Below are positions 42,325 to 53,466 of a DNA stretch of 64,000 bases, in pieces (within the stretch, counting starts at the first letter, position 1; the number at the start of each line of letters is the position of its first letter). The position numbers were made by a program, and so were the translations under genes. Origin of the DNA: a bacterium (lineage in GTDB: Bacteria > Hinthialibacterota > Hinthialibacteria > Hinthialibacterales > Hinthialibacteraceae); the NCBI GenBank assembly GCA_963663405.2, contig CAXXSM010000153.1:1-64000 (forward strand), read 5' to 3'. A model generated the notes under the pieces. It did no database searches and was not told the DNA's origin. It worked only from the letters and a program-made list of their open reading frames with translations.

Positions 42325-43005
42325 ATGCTGAATCTATGTGAAAAAGTATCTCAAACTCGAATGCGAAGACGAATATCCGCCGAAGAGATTCATAAAAGAG
42401 AACGCTTAAAGATCTATCTAACACAGAAATGGGGGATCAAGGACTCCGCCGCGAAATCATTCGCGAGAAAACATGCGCGTTTATCTTTTGAAGATGTCAT
42501 TCAATCGGTTGAAAATTTAGCGCGGTATTTCCGGAATTATCACACCAGTCATTACGGTTTTATTTTGGAAGATCCTGTTCTCAACGCTGCTTTGAATCAC
42601 ACATTGCTCCGATTCGCCCGCAGTCAGAAACCCCTTACAGAGAAGCAGTTAGGTTATTTTCTCCAACTGGCCAAAGATGAAATCTCCAGTCAATTAACAA
42701 GCCGGAAAGATCCAGGAACGGAGGAGGAACGGGCCCGGTTACTGACACCTTTAAAACAAGCGTTGTTCTATGAAGAAGACGCGGCGATGCGGCAGCGGTT
42801 GTTGTTTATATACAGTTTGTTTGTTAAGCAGGGAATGCGAATTACAAAAAAAAGAGTCATCTCGGAATGTACGACAGATGAAGCCTTATTCCCCCGCCGC
42901 CGGGTAGTTGAAGACGCTCTCGAAACGCTGCGCGGGGCTTATGAAGCGCTTGGGTTGATCCGGGGAGAATTATTCATCACTCCAGAGTATCTCTTGTCGA
43001 ATTAA
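42325..43005 (+). CDS. Hypothetical protein
   Basis: 226-aa ORF with a GGAGG RBS and a downstream terminator. Confidence 0.7.
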   Translation: MLNLCEKVSQTRMRRRISAEEIHKRERLKIYLTQKWGIKDSAAKSFARKHARLSFEDVIQSVENLARYFRNYHTSHYGFILEDPVLNAALNHTLLRFARSQKPLTEKQLGYFLQLAKDEISSQLTSRKDPGTEEERARLLTPLKQALFYEEDAAMRQRLLFIYSLFVKQGMRITKKRVISECTTDEALFPRRRVVEDALETLRGAYEALGLIRGELFITPEYLLSN

Positions 43006-43082
43006 GTCAATTTGTATCAAGGCCGGAGCTGCATCCGGTTTGTCAATATCCGTCTTCATCCGATGTTATTCATCTTCCCCTA

Positions 43083-43107
43083 AGCGCTGGAAACAGCGCT
43101 TTTTTTT
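43083..43107 (+). terminator. Intrinsic terminator
   Basis: agcgctg-gaaa-cagcgct followed by a T run. Confidence 0.7.
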
Positions 43108-43318
43108 ATATGCAGGTTGTGATTTGAATTATGCTGGTTTCTATAATCCTATTTGTTTCATGATCGTAGCCGCTCACTAATCATTCCATTTTAGAATGAA
43201 TCTATTTTGTTCGATCAAACGAAAAAATAATAAAAATATTGTCTAGTTATCTTGACGTTGGATAGGCGATTTGATATGATCAGCCGTCTTTCAATTAATT
43301 GAATCTAACTATAGAAAG

Positions 43319-44383
43319 GTGAAGGACATGAAAGCAAACACGATTTGGGCAATTGCGTTTGGATTTTTATTTTGTTTCGCGCCTCTTCTGATACAGGCCG
43401 ATCCTCATGCGAGCCGTGAGTATAACGCCAACCGGGTTCCCGGCGCGGCGCCAACGATCGATGGTGAGTATACCGAAGAGGAATGGGCTGGTTCCGAATG
43501 GACGACGGGCTTTTACGGACTGAATAATCAAAGCTCCAACGGTTCCAATCAAGCCAATTTGATCGATTTGAATTATCGATGGCGGGCGCTTTGGGATGAT
43601 GATTATCTTTACATCCTCTTTGAAGCGGAAACGTTCGATTTGCCGATCAACGGTATCGTTGGAGAAGACATCGTCAATCCTATCGTCCAGGACGATGACA
43701 CATTTTCGTATGCGATTGGATTGGGGACCGATATGGAGATTTTCCTGGAACCAAATTGGCAGGAGGGAGATGGTTTTAATAGTGATCCTCCCGATTTTAC
43801 GGATCCAGGCGGAGATGTGAACGACGGCTATCATTTTGTCTGGTTCCCATTAGAGAATGATGAGGATTGGACAGAACTAAACGAAGGGATTCGTGGCGCG
43901 GATAATATTGAAGGCCCTCCCTACTTTTCATCGTCAGGCGGCTATAACAACACTTACCTCGGTGGAACGTGGGACCCGACATTTGACCCAGCCGCGGCGG
44001 AAGCGGCGGGTGCAATGCCATTTCTGGGAGCGGGATTTCTTCACCACACCGGCGCCGAACGCGGTTCCGGCGAAGTGTACGCCAATCCAGTAATGGAAGT
44101 GGGTATCGCATTCAGTCAAATGAACCCAACCTTTGGAATGGCTGAAATGGGAAACGAAGGAGAGACCCATTTGACACTCGAACCGGACGCGGATGGGAAT
44201 TATGTCCATGTAGGCGATCAATGGCTCGTTAATATGGCGGGATACACCGATCCCTATACAGCAGCGGAAGGTTTGACGCTGATTACATGGAACAATGTAA
44301 TCGGGGGACCGTTCGCTTCGTATCCGCGTGGGATTATGACATTTGTGGATGAATCGGATGTTGGAGATTGGATGATGCATTAA
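43319..44383 (+). CDS. Secreted acidic CBM9-like protein; C-terminus SDVGDWMMH
   Basis: Signal peptide, APTIDG...EEW and RALWDDDYLYI. Confidence 0.75.
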   Translation: MKDMKANTIWAIAFGFLFCFAPLLIQADPHASREYNANRVPGAAPTIDGEYTEEEWAGSEWTTGFYGLNNQSSNGSNQANLIDLNYRWRALWDDDYLYILFEAETFDLPINGIVGEDIVNPIVQDDDTFSYAIGLGTDMEIFLEPNWQEGDGFNSDPPDFTDPGGDVNDGYHFVWFPLENDEDWTELNEGIRGADNIEGPPYFSSSGGYNNTYLGGTWDPTFDPAAAEAAGAMPFLGAGFLHHTGAERGSGEVYANPVMEVGIAFSQMNPTFGMAEMGNEGETHLTLEPDADGNYVHVGDQWLVNMAGYTDPYTAAEGLTLITWNNVIGGPFASYPRGIMTFVDESDVGDWMMH

Positions 44384-44413
44384 CACAATTCTTTTTTTAG
44401 TATATGAAAACAG

Positions 44414-44445
44414 AGAGGGGTGGGACGTTTCTCACCCCTCTATTT
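44414..44445 (+). terminator. Intrinsic terminator
   Basis: agaggggtggga-cgtt-tctcacccctct-attt. Confidence 0.7.
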
Positions 44446-44626
44446 CATTGTGGAATCGGTTGACAATTTTGGTGAAGGCGTCCTACTGAAAAATCCTCCA
44501 GAAGATTATTTGCGGATTATGTCGACTATCGCTGTTCCTTATTGGTCTTTAATGGAATAGGTATGGGTATTTCTTTTGTCTGAATCTGGATGGACAGGAT
44601 AAAAGGATATTCAGGATATGAATAAG

Positions 44627-44689
44627 ATGGATATCAAACCGATTAAAACTGAAGAAGATTATCAAGCGGCGCTCAATGAGATTGATTCA
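44627..44689 (+). pseudogene. N-terminal fragment of a HigA-type HTH antitoxin
   Basis: MDIKPIKTEEDYQAALNEID, then runs into the antisense strand of ispG; follows a family B half repeat. Confidence 0.6.
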
Positions 44690-44704
44690 AGTTTATCTCT
44701 TTCC

Positions 44705-45622
44705 TCATGGGCAAGATGCCCGCGATCCATTTTCAGGAAACGCATATCTCGGCAGATTTAGATAATGCAGCAGAAGATGACCGATGATGACTTCGAGGCG
44801 GGGGTCTTCTGTGAGGGAGACGCGGATGGTGTCTCCGATTCCCATTTGGAGGAGAGCGCCGATTCCGGCCCAGGAATTGACTACCGCCGATCGGCCCAGG
44901 CCCGCTTCGGTGACGCCAAGGTGGAGGGGATATGCGTTCGTTTCGGCGTAATGGCGGTAGGCGTCGATGGTCCAGCGGGCGTCGTTGGCTTTGAGCGAGA
45001 CAACGATGTTTTTAACGCCTTCTTCTTCCATTAATCGAACGGAATTCTGCGCGCTGATCGACAGCGCTTCGGCGGAATGATCCCCATATTGTTCGCGCAG
45101 TGTTTTATCTAAGGAACCGGCATTGACGCCAACCCGGATGGGGATATCATTCTCCACCGCTTTGCGGGCGATGCGGCGGAGCAAATCCGGATTCCGGATA
45201 TTGCCGGGATTGATGCGCAGCTTATCGGCGCCCGCGTCCAACGCGGCGAGCGCTACTTGCGGCAGAAAGTGAATATCCGCCGCGACGGAGATGGGGGAGG
45301 CTTGGACGATTCTGTGAAACGGTTCCACGGAATCTTCTCCGGGGACGCTGACGCGGGTTATATCACAGTGAAAGGGCGCGAGCGCGCAGGCGTCTTCCCA
45401 GCATTGCAGTTCCTTAAGCACATTCTTTTCGCGATCTGAGAGTTGACTCGGATCGATGGAGACGGTTGACTCGATTTCCTTCATAACCGCGTCGTAATCG
45501 GTCGTGGGGACTTTGACCATCGTCTGAACCGCGATGGGGGCGTCTCCTCCGATGACGATGTTGCGAGTCTTCACTTTTTGCGTCTGGCGGCGTTCCTTTG
45601 TTAAAGGTATTGAATGGTTCAC
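44705..45622 (-). CDS. ispG: HMBPP synthase IspG, C-terminally truncated
   Basis: ADIHF, RINPGN, RVGVNAGSL, LHLGVTEAG and GIGDTIRVSL. Ends at SCP-stop, without the Fe-S domain. Confidence 0.85.
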   Translation of the reverse strand: MNHSIPLTKERRQTQKVKTRNIVIGGDAPIAVQTMVKVPTTDYDAVMKEIESTVSIDPSQLSDREKNVLKELQCWEDACALAPFHCDITRVSVPGEDSVEPFHRIVQASPISVAADIHFLPQVALAALDAGADKLRINPGNIRNPDLLRRIARKAVENDIPIRVGVNAGSLDKTLREQYGDHSAEALSISAQNSVRLMEEEGVKNIVVSLKANDARWTIDAYRHYAETNAYPLHLGVTEAGLGRSAVVNSWAGIGALLQMGIGDTIRVSLTEDPRLEVIIGHLLLHYLNLPRYAFPENGSRASCP

Positions 45623-47496
45623 GGCGATCTTCGTTCCTCGAATTCAGTTTTTAATTCCTGTGCGATTTGTTCTTCCCGTTCGGCTTCCTTCGTACTACCC
45701 AACGTGCGGAAGAACACGGCCAGTTTTTCATGGTAATCCGGCCTTGCGGGGAAGAGACGCTGGGCGGCGCGCATTTCTTCGATCGCATGGTCAATATATC
45801 CGGCTGCGAAGAGGGCATCAGCGTAATCGCTCCGGATCGACGCCCGCATCGGCGCCCAGCGCACGGCCTGTTCCAGATCATTCAATCCCCGCTCCCGCGC
45901 CCGTAACGCGGGAATCCCCGCCCAAAGACGGCCCGCGCCCCGCCAGGAATCGGCGTCGGTCCAATCAAACCAGACGGCGCGTTCGTAGAACGCTCTGGCC
46001 TGGACTATTTGTTCATCGAGTGAGAGGTAATAGGCCGCCTCGCGGGAAAACGAGTTCCCAAACGAACAGGCGATAAGACTGAACCAAGCAAAAAACAGAC
46101 ATACGCCTGCAAACTGTCCAGTTCGTTTTCCCACTGGAACGCGAGGAGAACTATCGGGCGTTTGGGGAGCGATGAGAGCGGTCAAGAGAATGGGGGCGAT
46201 CAACATTTCGATTAAATTATTATGAAAATCAAGCATCGAGAGAAAAAACAATCCCGCCGCCGCTCCACCCGCCGCATAGAGCAGCGCTGGATCGGTTTCT
46301 TTCCTATTCCATAATACACGCAGCCATCTCATCAACGCCGCGATTAACCAGAAAAGCAGGAAAACGCCAACGAATCCCAACTCGCATCCCGCTTCGAGAA
46401 TGAGATTATGGACATAATGCGATTCAAAATCCCCTGGGCGGATTACGCCGCAATAGTACGGTTCGTAACCTTCGGTTCCTACGCCAAAAAGTGGGTATTC
46501 GCGGACGATCAAAGCGCCTCCGCGGTAGAAGTGCATCCGGGCTTCCATGGTGGACAGAGTCAGGAGACGGCCTCCGAAGATTTTGTCTTTAAGGAAAAAC
46601 ACGCCGAGGAGACCGATGGCGAGGAGAAGGCTAGTCACAATCAGCGTAGTTTTAAGAGAGGGTAGACGCCCTTTTAAGATTCGAGGATAAATCCACGCCA
46701 TAAGAAGAAAGAGACCTAATACGAGCAGACCGCTCCGAGAGAAGGTTTGATAGGCCGCGAAGGAGAGAACGGCGCCGCCGATGACCCACAACCATTTTTT
46801 CACCCCTTCGGCGTTTTTCCACAACCACCATAAAGGCCAGAGGGAGAGAATAAGGTATCCAGCCAGGTGGTTTGGATTGCCGAATTGTCCCGTGGCGCGG
46901 TTGGCTTCGAGAGAGCGCATGATCTCGCGTTGCATCTCTTCGGCATAAATGGAGGCGTTTTTTAACGTTTCAATGGCGGCCTCATGCCCTCTTAATTGAA
47001 TATACAACGCTTGGAGCGCGGCGGCGATCGCGCCGAGGACCAATCCCGCTGCCATACGGCGGCGGTCTTGATGGCTCCAAGGAAGCGTTTGGACAAAACA
47101 ATACAAGAAAAAGACGATGAGATAGACGGTGAACTTGGCTTTGGCCCGGAAGAAGTCCGGTGTGTAAAAACAGCCGATCAGAACCATCAATAGCGCGGCG
47201 GTTAAAGGAAGAAAAAGCGGATTCCACTTCAACCGGGAAATAATTTGTGAAATCCCAAGCCGGTAGAGGGCGAGTCCAAGCAAGATACAGATGAATGTAC
47301 GGAAAACAAAGGCGAATTCCGGGTGTGACAGCTGGGGGAAAAAGGGGAGAAGCCCAAAAAGGATGGCGAGAAGGAGTGTCAGAATTTTCCGGTCTTGCGT
47401 TGAGAATGCTGTATCGCAATCGTGGGATTGCGCGGCCATGACGCGCTCTGGCGTATTTCGATCGCTTGATTCGCGTTCCTGCGCTTGATTATTCAT
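45619..47496 (-). CDS. O-antigen ligase-family protein with C-terminal TPRs
   Basis: FGNPNHLAGY, TFSRSG, PLFGVG and HNLILE; TPR-like tail. Confidence 0.85.
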   Translation of the reverse strand: MNNQAQERESSDRNTPERVMAAQSHDCDTAFSTQDRKILTLLLAILFGLLPFFPQLSHPEFAFVFRTFICILLGLALYRLGISQIISRLKWNPLFLPLTAALLMVLIGCFYTPDFFRAKAKFTVYLIVFFLYCFVQTLPWSHQDRRRMAAGLVLGAIAAALQALYIQLRGHEAAIETLKNASIYAEEMQREIMRSLEANRATGQFGNPNHLAGYLILSLWPLWWLWKNAEGVKKWLWVIGGAVLSFAAYQTFSRSGLLVLGLFLLMAWIYPRILKGRLPSLKTTLIVTSLLLAIGLLGVFFLKDKIFGGRLLTLSTMEARMHFYRGGALIVREYPLFGVGTEGYEPYYCGVIRPGDFESHYVHNLILEAGCELGFVGVFLLFWLIAALMRWLRVLWNRKETDPALLYAAGGAAAGLFFLSMLDFHNNLIEMLIAPILLTALIAPQTPDSSPRVPVGKRTGQFAGVCLFFAWFSLIACSFGNSFSREAAYYLSLDEQIVQARAFYERAVWFDWTDADSWRGAGRLWAGIPALRARERGLNDLEQAVRWAPMRASIRSDYADALFAAGYIDHAIEEMRAAQRLFPARPDYHEKLAVFFRTLGSTKEAEREEQIAQELKTEFEERRSP

Positions 47497-47965
47497 GCCC
47501 ATCTGTTGAATCGGAATCGTCTTGACCGTGCTGGCGGATATCTTTCGCGAGTGGATCAAGGAGTCCATTGATGAAACGGGGGGAATCATCATCCCCATAA
47601 CATTTCGCCAACTCGAGAGCCTCGTTTACGATAACATTTACGGGAGTATTGGGATGATAGAGAAACTCACAGACCGCCAGGCGAAGGATGTTTCGATCGA
47701 CGAGAGACATCCGCTCGATCCGCCAATGTTGGGCGTGTTTTTTAATCAATGGATCGATGCGGTCCCGATTCGCCTGCGTGTCTTTGACGAGTCTCATGGC
47801 GAATAAATCCGCCTCTTTTCTTACGTTCAAACGGTCTTCCCCTTCCCACCAATTCGCGATGGGGGGGAGGGATTTCACCTCTCCCGCGGCGTCGTGGATA
47901 TCGAAACCATAGAGAATGCGCAGGGCGTATTCCCGCGCGTTGTGACGGTCGCCGGACGCTCTCAC
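47489..47965 (-). CDS. nusB: Transcription antitermination factor NusB
   Basis: [26 protein letters not shown] and FINGLLD. Confidence 0.95.
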   Translation of the reverse strand: MRASGDRHNAREYALRILYGFDIHDAAGEVKSLPPIANWWEGEDRLNVRKEADLFAMRLVKDTQANRDRIDPLIKKHAQHWRIERMSLVDRNILRLAVCEFLYHPNTPVNVIVNEALELAKCYGDDDSPRFINGLLDPLAKDIRQHGQDDSDSTDGHE

Positions 47966-48429
47966 AGTTGCGCAGTCACGTTGGCCAATTCGATAGCGGT
48001 CATCGCCGCGTCGAAGCCTTTGTTGCCCGCTTTGGTACCCGCCCGTTCGACAGCCTGTTCGATGGTGTTGGTGGTGAGAATACCGAACGCGATAGGAGTT
48101 TCCGTTTCGAGAATCACCTGCGCCACACCTTTGGACGCTTCCCCGGCGACGTAGTCGAAATGGGGGGTGTCCCCCCGGATGACGGCGGCGAGAGCGATCA
48201 GGGCGTCGTATTTCTTGTTCGAAGTAGCCATCTTTTTCAGGATCAATGGAATCTCATACGAACCGGGCACGCGGATGACGGTAATATCATCATCCTTCAC
48301 TCCATTGCGCCGGAGCGCGTCGATAGCGCCTTCCAGGAGGCGTTCGGTGATGAGACTATTGAATCGAGAGACAACAAGACCGAATGTTTTTCCCGTTCCA
48401 TCCAACTGGCCTTCGATGAATTTTGGCAT
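47962..48429 (-). CDS. ribH: Lumazine synthase
   Basis: [23 protein letters not shown] and GNKG. Confidence 0.97.
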   Translation of the reverse strand: MPKFIEGQLDGTGKTFGLVVSRFNSLITERLLEGAIDALRRNGVKDDDITVIRVPGSYEIPLILKKMATSNKKYDALIALAAVIRGDTPHFDYVAGEASKGVAQVILETETPIAFGILTTNTIEQAVERAGTKAGNKGFDAAMTAIELANVTAQL

Positions 48430-48535
48430 GGTTTTATCCTTAAAATCGTAGAATTACACAAGGGTAGAATAAACAAAGCTTTGCCCTTGGCGCCCGCAAA
48501 CATGTAATTTTGGAATTATAGCACGAAGGGTTTCT

Positions 48536-49726
48536 CTATAGAGAGTGTCCCATTTTTTCTTTTTTTGTTGTGAGATAGTGGACGTTGTGTTCGTTTTCTC
48601 CAACCCGGAGGGGAATCTGTTCGACGATTTCCAATCCATAACCGGAAAGCCCAACGATTTTCCGGGGATTATTGGTCATTAGTTTTAATTTATGAACGCC
48701 CAACGCGACGAGGATCTGTACACCGATACCGTAGTCGCGTTCATCGGCTTTGAAGCCGAGTTTCAGATTCGCTTCAACAGTGTCGTACCCTTGGTCCTGA
48801 AGCGCATAGGCGCGCAATTTGTTGGTCAGGCCGATGCCGCGCCCTTCCTGCATTAAATAAAGCAACACCCCGCGTCCCTCTTTCTCGATCTGTTGCAACG
48901 CGTACGCGAGTTGTTCGCCGCAGTCGCAGCGGAGGGAATTGAGGATATCTCCCGTAACACAACTGCTGTGTACACGAGCGAGGACCGGTTCCGGTGTAGA
49001 GAGATCGCCTTTGACGAGAGCGAAGTGTTCTTTGTTGTCGATTTTGTTTCTGAAGAGATGCAGTTTGAATTCACCATGTTTGGTCGGCAGGTTGGTGACA
49101 AGGAGCTCTTCAACCAGGGTTTCCGTGCGGCGGCGGTAGGCGATCAAGTCTTCGATGGTAACAATACCGATCTTGTTTTCCTCAGAGAATTTCTGGAGTT
49201 CCAGCATGCGGGCCATTGTGCCGTCATCGTTCAGAATTTCACAGAGCGCGCCGACAGGTTTCAGGCCCGATAATTTCATTAAATCAACGACCGCCTCTGT
49301 ATGCCCCATGCGCCGGAGAACGCCGCCCTGTTTGGCGACGAGTGGGAAAATATGGCCGGGCCGGGCGAAGTCTTCGGGCTGGGAGGAGGAATCGGCCAGC
49401 TGGCGGAGCGTGATCGCGCGGTCCTGCGCCGAAACGCCTGTGGTATTGCATTTCGCCGAGTCGACGCTGATCGTAAAATTCGTCGAATGAAGCGAAGTGT
49501 TTTCCTGGGTCATGGGAGTGAGGCGAAGGCGTTCGGCGAACGAGCGGTGCATCGCGGCGCATAAAAGCCCTTTCGCCTTCGAGACGGTGAAATTGACCTG
49601 CGCGGGCGTCGCGTCCTGCGCGGGGAAGATCAGATCCCCCTCATTCTCGCGGTTTTCATCATCCACGACGATCAACATCTTACCAGCGCGGATATCAGCG
49701 ATGGCTTCTTCTATCGTAAGAGTCAT
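48536..49726 (-). CDS. ribBA: Bifunctional DHBP synthase/GTP cyclohydrolase II
   Basis: [28 protein letters not shown]...RCDC and QEGRGIGL. Confidence 0.97.
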   Translation of the reverse strand: MTLTIEEAIADIRAGKMLIVVDDENRENEGDLIFPAQDATPAQVNFTVSKAKGLLCAAMHRSFAERLRLTPMTQENTSLHSTNFTISVDSAKCNTTGVSAQDRAITLRQLADSSSQPEDFARPGHIFPLVAKQGGVLRRMGHTEAVVDLMKLSGLKPVGALCEILNDDGTMARMLELQKFSEENKIGIVTIEDLIAYRRRTETLVEELLVTNLPTKHGEFKLHLFRNKIDNKEHFALVKGDLSTPEPVLARVHSSCVTGDILNSLRCDCGEQLAYALQQIEKEGRGVLLYLMQEGRGIGLTNKLRAYALQDQGYDTVEANLKLGFKADERDYGIGVQILVALGVHKLKLMTNNPRKIVGLSGYGLEIVEQIPLRVGENEHNVHYLTTKKEKMGHSL

Positions 49727-50087
49727 GACAGGATTCTCACATTCTCTATTGTGATTGCGGGTGAGTAATTACTATTATAATTGTAACCGGATTTGGAGGA
49801 ATGATAATGGATTGGGGGGGCTAGTTTGGAGATTTCATAATTGTGAGAATGAGCTTTTTACTTTTTCACAGAGATCTAAAGCAATTTGCTGTGTACTTCT
49901 GTTAAAACATACACATTATCGAGAAGTTGTATAAAATAATGGTGACACCGGGGTGTTTCATGCCATAGATTTTATCTAAAATAGACAATGCTCTTCTAGA
50001 AAGAAGTTTTGCTTCTTTATAATCACTTTGGGATTCATATAATCTAGCGAGATTATTTTAGCGTGGATAGCGCGATAGGAGGTTAAA

Positions 50088-50942
50088 ATGCCTTTAACGC
50101 TAACACCATTACGATATCCCGGTGGCAAGTCAAAATACGCTAATTTGTTTGTTGATATTATTTCGATGAACAAATTAGATGATTGCACTTTCGTCGAGGT
50201 TTTCGCAGGTGGAGCTGGGGCCGCAATAACATTGCTTCTCAAGGGGCACGTCAAGTCCTTGATTCTCAACGATCTAGACATTGCGATTTATTCATTTTGG
50301 AAATACGTCAAAGAAAGCCCTGCTGAGCTTATTAAACTCATCCGGAAGACAAGGATTAGTATGGCAGAATGGCGTCGGCAAAAGGCTATCTATGATAGTA
50401 AAGATAAAAGCGATATGCTTGCTCTCGGTTTCTCTACATTTTATTTAAACCGTTGTAATCGTTCTGGGATTTTGGGAGCCAGACCCGTAGGTGGAATGAA
50501 ACAGGATGGCGCATACAAAATTAGTTCCAGATATAACAAGGTTACGTCAATTGCCAAGATCGAAGCCATCGCCAAGCATGCAAACTCACTAGAAGTCTAT
50601 AATTTGGATGGAGTGCGTTTCCTGAAACTACTTAAGCGGAAATATCCTAATCGAAAGTGCCTGATATACTTCGATCCCCCATACTACCAGAAGGGACCCG
50701 TTCTGTACCTGAACTACTATGACCATGATGACCATATGACTCTTCGAGATGACATTCTAGAATGTCCCTTCCCCTGGGTACTCTCCTACGATAATCACGA
50801 AAGCATCATAGAGATGTATCGCGATCACGATTGCAATCTGTATCGAAATATCATTTGGCATACCATTATAGGAAATACAAAAGCGAAGGAATTGATTATC
50901 AGTAAACTAGATCTTCCTAATTACCTAGAACAACTCCAATAA
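50088..50942 (+). CDS. D12-class N6-adenine DNA methyltransferase
   Basis: TPLRYPGGKS, EVFAGG, NDLD, YLNR and DPPY. Confidence 0.9.
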   Translation: MPLTLTPLRYPGGKSKYANLFVDIISMNKLDDCTFVEVFAGGAGAAITLLLKGHVKSLILNDLDIAIYSFWKYVKESPAELIKLIRKTRISMAEWRRQKAIYDSKDKSDMLALGFSTFYLNRCNRSGILGARPVGGMKQDGAYKISSRYNKVTSIAKIEAIAKHANSLEVYNLDGVRFLKLLKRKYPNRKCLIYFDPPYYQKGPVLYLNYYDHDDHMTLRDDILECPFPWVLSYDNHESIIEMYRDHDCNLYRNIIWHTIIGNTKAKELIISKLDLPNYLEQLQ

Positions 50943-50962
50943 ATTGACAACAGGAGAAAGCG

Positions 50963-52651
50963 ATGGGTTTGACAAGGGTAGTTTCTCTTGAGATTGAATT
51001 GTTCAGACGGTTCCGTGAAATAACCATCCCACTAGGCGAAAATGTGACACTCATCGCCGGACAAAACGGGACATCCAAATCGACCTTGCTGGGAATGCTG
51101 GCACAACCCTTCTCATTCGGTGTAATGCGTGGCAGGACAGCAAAAAAACCTGATAAATCTTCTTATACGAGCAACTATCACAGCCTTAAACTTCATGAAT
51201 TTGTGGATCTTTCCGGAAAACAATTCATGTATGACTGCGATGACGTGTTTCGCTTGTCAAAGAAATTTGACTTCGGTAAGAAATACTTGTACAAAACTGA
51301 ATTATCATTGCCAGAAGGCGTTGGAGGCAACCTTCCCGATAACACTCTGCTTACGAAATCGCGGGATCGAAAAGATGAAGATGAAATAGCAGGAATGCGT
51401 TTTGTGACTGGCCCTGGAGCCAGTCACAAATCCGGCGAAGGCAATTTCCCGCATCCGGTAATCTATCTTGGCTTGAATCGTTTGTGGCCACTGGCTGTGA
51501 CAAAGAATTGCACGTTTCCCAGCGATAAACTGTTAGATGAAGATAGGGAATGGTACGTCACAAAGTATAATGAGATTCTATGCTTGGACGAGTATGACAA
51601 TAGCGCCAAGTTCATGGACACCAATGAAAAGAGAAGATTCATCACTCCTCATAGCAACGACTATGATGGTGAGAGTTGTTCTGCCGGTCAAGATAACTTG
51701 AGTCAATTGCTGACCGCGCTCCGTTCTTTTCAAATTCTCAAGAATAAACTCAAGGACCGGTATCAGGGTGGAATACTTCTAATCGATGAATTGGACGCCA
51801 CACTTCACGCTTTTGCACAGGATAAACTACTAGAATTGATCTGTACGTTATCAGATGAACTCGACTTGCAAATCATCGCCACAACACATTCTTTACGTTT
51901 GCTTGAAAAAGCATATCAATCACCGCAAAAAAAGAATATCAAGGTTTTGTATCTGGAAAATGAGGGTGGCGTGATAGTAGCACGGAACTGCAAGACTTAT
52001 CAGGAAATAAGCGAACTCTTGAAAGTAGAGCGAACTCCACCCCCTAAAAAAAAGGCACGAAAAGTGTCTGTAGTCTTTGAGGATGATGAAGGAAAATTCC
52101 TTTTCAGGCAGATTTGCGGTACAAAACTCAGAGACTATGTATCTTGCGCAAATGCTGCTTCTCTGAGCGCGGGGAGTCTGAAAAATCTCGCGAATATGTC
52201 AAAAGCTTTACCGGAGTTGCAGGACATGATCTTTATTCCTGATGGTGATATGGCAAATACATGGACCAATCCACCAAAGAATCTACTGGCTTTGCCTGGA
52301 GGCAAACGCCCCGAAACCCTTATCTATCGACACCTTTTCTCGATGAAACCCTCTGATCCGTTTTGGAGGAATGTTGGAAGTACCTACACAAAGCAATTTG
52401 CCATAACTTCTAAAGGGGGCACATCCCTAGAAAAAGGTGACAATAAGGAATGGGTGAAGAAATGGTACAAAGATCAAAGTAAGCATTGGGGAAACGGAAA
52501 ACGGATGGTATTCAAATCGTGGGTACAGGCTCATAAACCGGAATGTAAAGAATTCTGTGAGAAATTTATTAAACTTCTGAATAGAAAATACAGGGGTGAG
52601 ATCCCCAGAGAAGTGATAAAAAAAACACTTGCAGAGTTCGATAAACCTTGA
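50963..52651 (+). CDS. ABC-type ATPase with a C-terminal TOPRIM-like domain
   Basis: Walker A GQNGTSKS, signature SAGQ, Walker B LLIDELDATLH and TTHS; VFED and IPDGD TOPRIM-like acidic motifs. Confidence 0.8.
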   Translation: MGLTRVVSLEIELFRRFREITIPLGENVTLIAGQNGTSKSTLLGMLAQPFSFGVMRGRTAKKPDKSSYTSNYHSLKLHEFVDLSGKQFMYDCDDVFRLSKKFDFGKKYLYKTELSLPEGVGGNLPDNTLLTKSRDRKDEDEIAGMRFVTGPGASHKSGEGNFPHPVIYLGLNRLWPLAVTKNCTFPSDKLLDEDREWYVTKYNEILCLDEYDNSAKFMDTNEKRRFITPHSNDYDGESCSAGQDNLSQLLTALRSFQILKNKLKDRYQGGILLIDELDATLHAFAQDKLLELICTLSDELDLQIIATTHSLRLLEKAYQSPQKKNIKVLYLENEGGVIVARNCKTYQEISELLKVERTPPPKKKARKVSVVFEDDEGKFLFRQICGTKLRDYVSCANAASLSAGSLKNLANMSKALPELQDMIFIPDGDMANTWTNPPKNLLALPGGKRPETLIYRHLFSMKPSDPFWRNVGSTYTKQFAITSKGGTSLEKGDNKEWVKKWYKDQSKHWGNGKRMVFKSWVQAHKPECKEFCEKFIKLLNRKYRGEIPREVIKKTLAEFDKP

Positions 52652-52793
52652 TAAGGACAATCATTTGTAATCAGCAAAGGTGGGTAGAAAAAAAGCAAAG
52701 GTTCCGGCTCCAACGCCGACATTAACCCTTCGCGCCTATTAGGGAGAAAGGGCCTATACATTGAAATAGAATATTTTGTCCGATGGTGTTGAT

Positions 52794-53438
52794 TTAATAC
52801 CCCAGTTCCAACAGTCTTTCTTTAGTAAGTATTGGTTTTTTATCTTGAGGGTTGAATTGTTGGAGGCGTTCTATGTAGCGAGCAATTAGGTCGGCTTCTA
52901 AGTTTACGGGGGCGCCTGGGTGTTTGGTTTCTAGGGTTGTGTTTTGGATGGTGTGGGGGACGATGGCCATGGCGGCGGTGTTTTCTTGCACACGGGCGAT
53001 TGTTAGGCTGATTCCATCGACTGCGATGGAGCCTTTTTCGGCGATGTAGGGGGCCAGGGATTGGGGGAATTCGATTTCCATATCCCAAAATTCGCCGCGT
53101 TCGATCAGCGCTTGCAGCGTTCCCACTCCATCGACGTGGCCGGCGACGATGTGACCTCCCATGCGGTCGATGGGGCGGAGGGAGGGTTCGATGTTAACCG
53201 GATCGCCCGGTTTCGCCGCAGCGAAGGTCGTGCGGCTCATTGTCTCGCTGGAGAGATCGGCCCAGAACTGGCCGCCGCTCATCGACGTAACGGTCAAGCA
53301 CGTCCCGTTGACGCAGATGCTATCACCCAGACCGGCGTCTTCAATCGTTTGGGGGGCGCCGATCAAAATTCTGCCCGTGTTTCCCTGGTGGTTGATTTCG
53401 ATGATAGAACCGACTTCTTGTACAATCCCCGTAAACAT
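52794..53438 (-). CDS. ribE: Riboflavin synthase (alpha chain)
   Basis: MFTGIV, GDSICVNGTCLTV, GGHIVAGHVD and KGSIAVDGISLT. Confidence 0.97.
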   Translation of the reverse strand: MFTGIVQEVGSIIEINHQGNTGRILIGAPQTIEDAGLGDSICVNGTCLTVTSMSGGQFWADLSSETMSRTTFAAAKPGDPVNIEPSLRPIDRMGGHIVAGHVDGVGTLQALIERGEFWDMEIEFPQSLAPYIAEKGSIAVDGISLTIARVQENTAAMAIVPHTIQNTTLETKHPGAPVNLEADLIARYIERLQQFNPQDKKPILTKERLLELGY

Positions 53439-53466
53439 TTTTTTCTCGGCCAATCGTTTTTCTATT

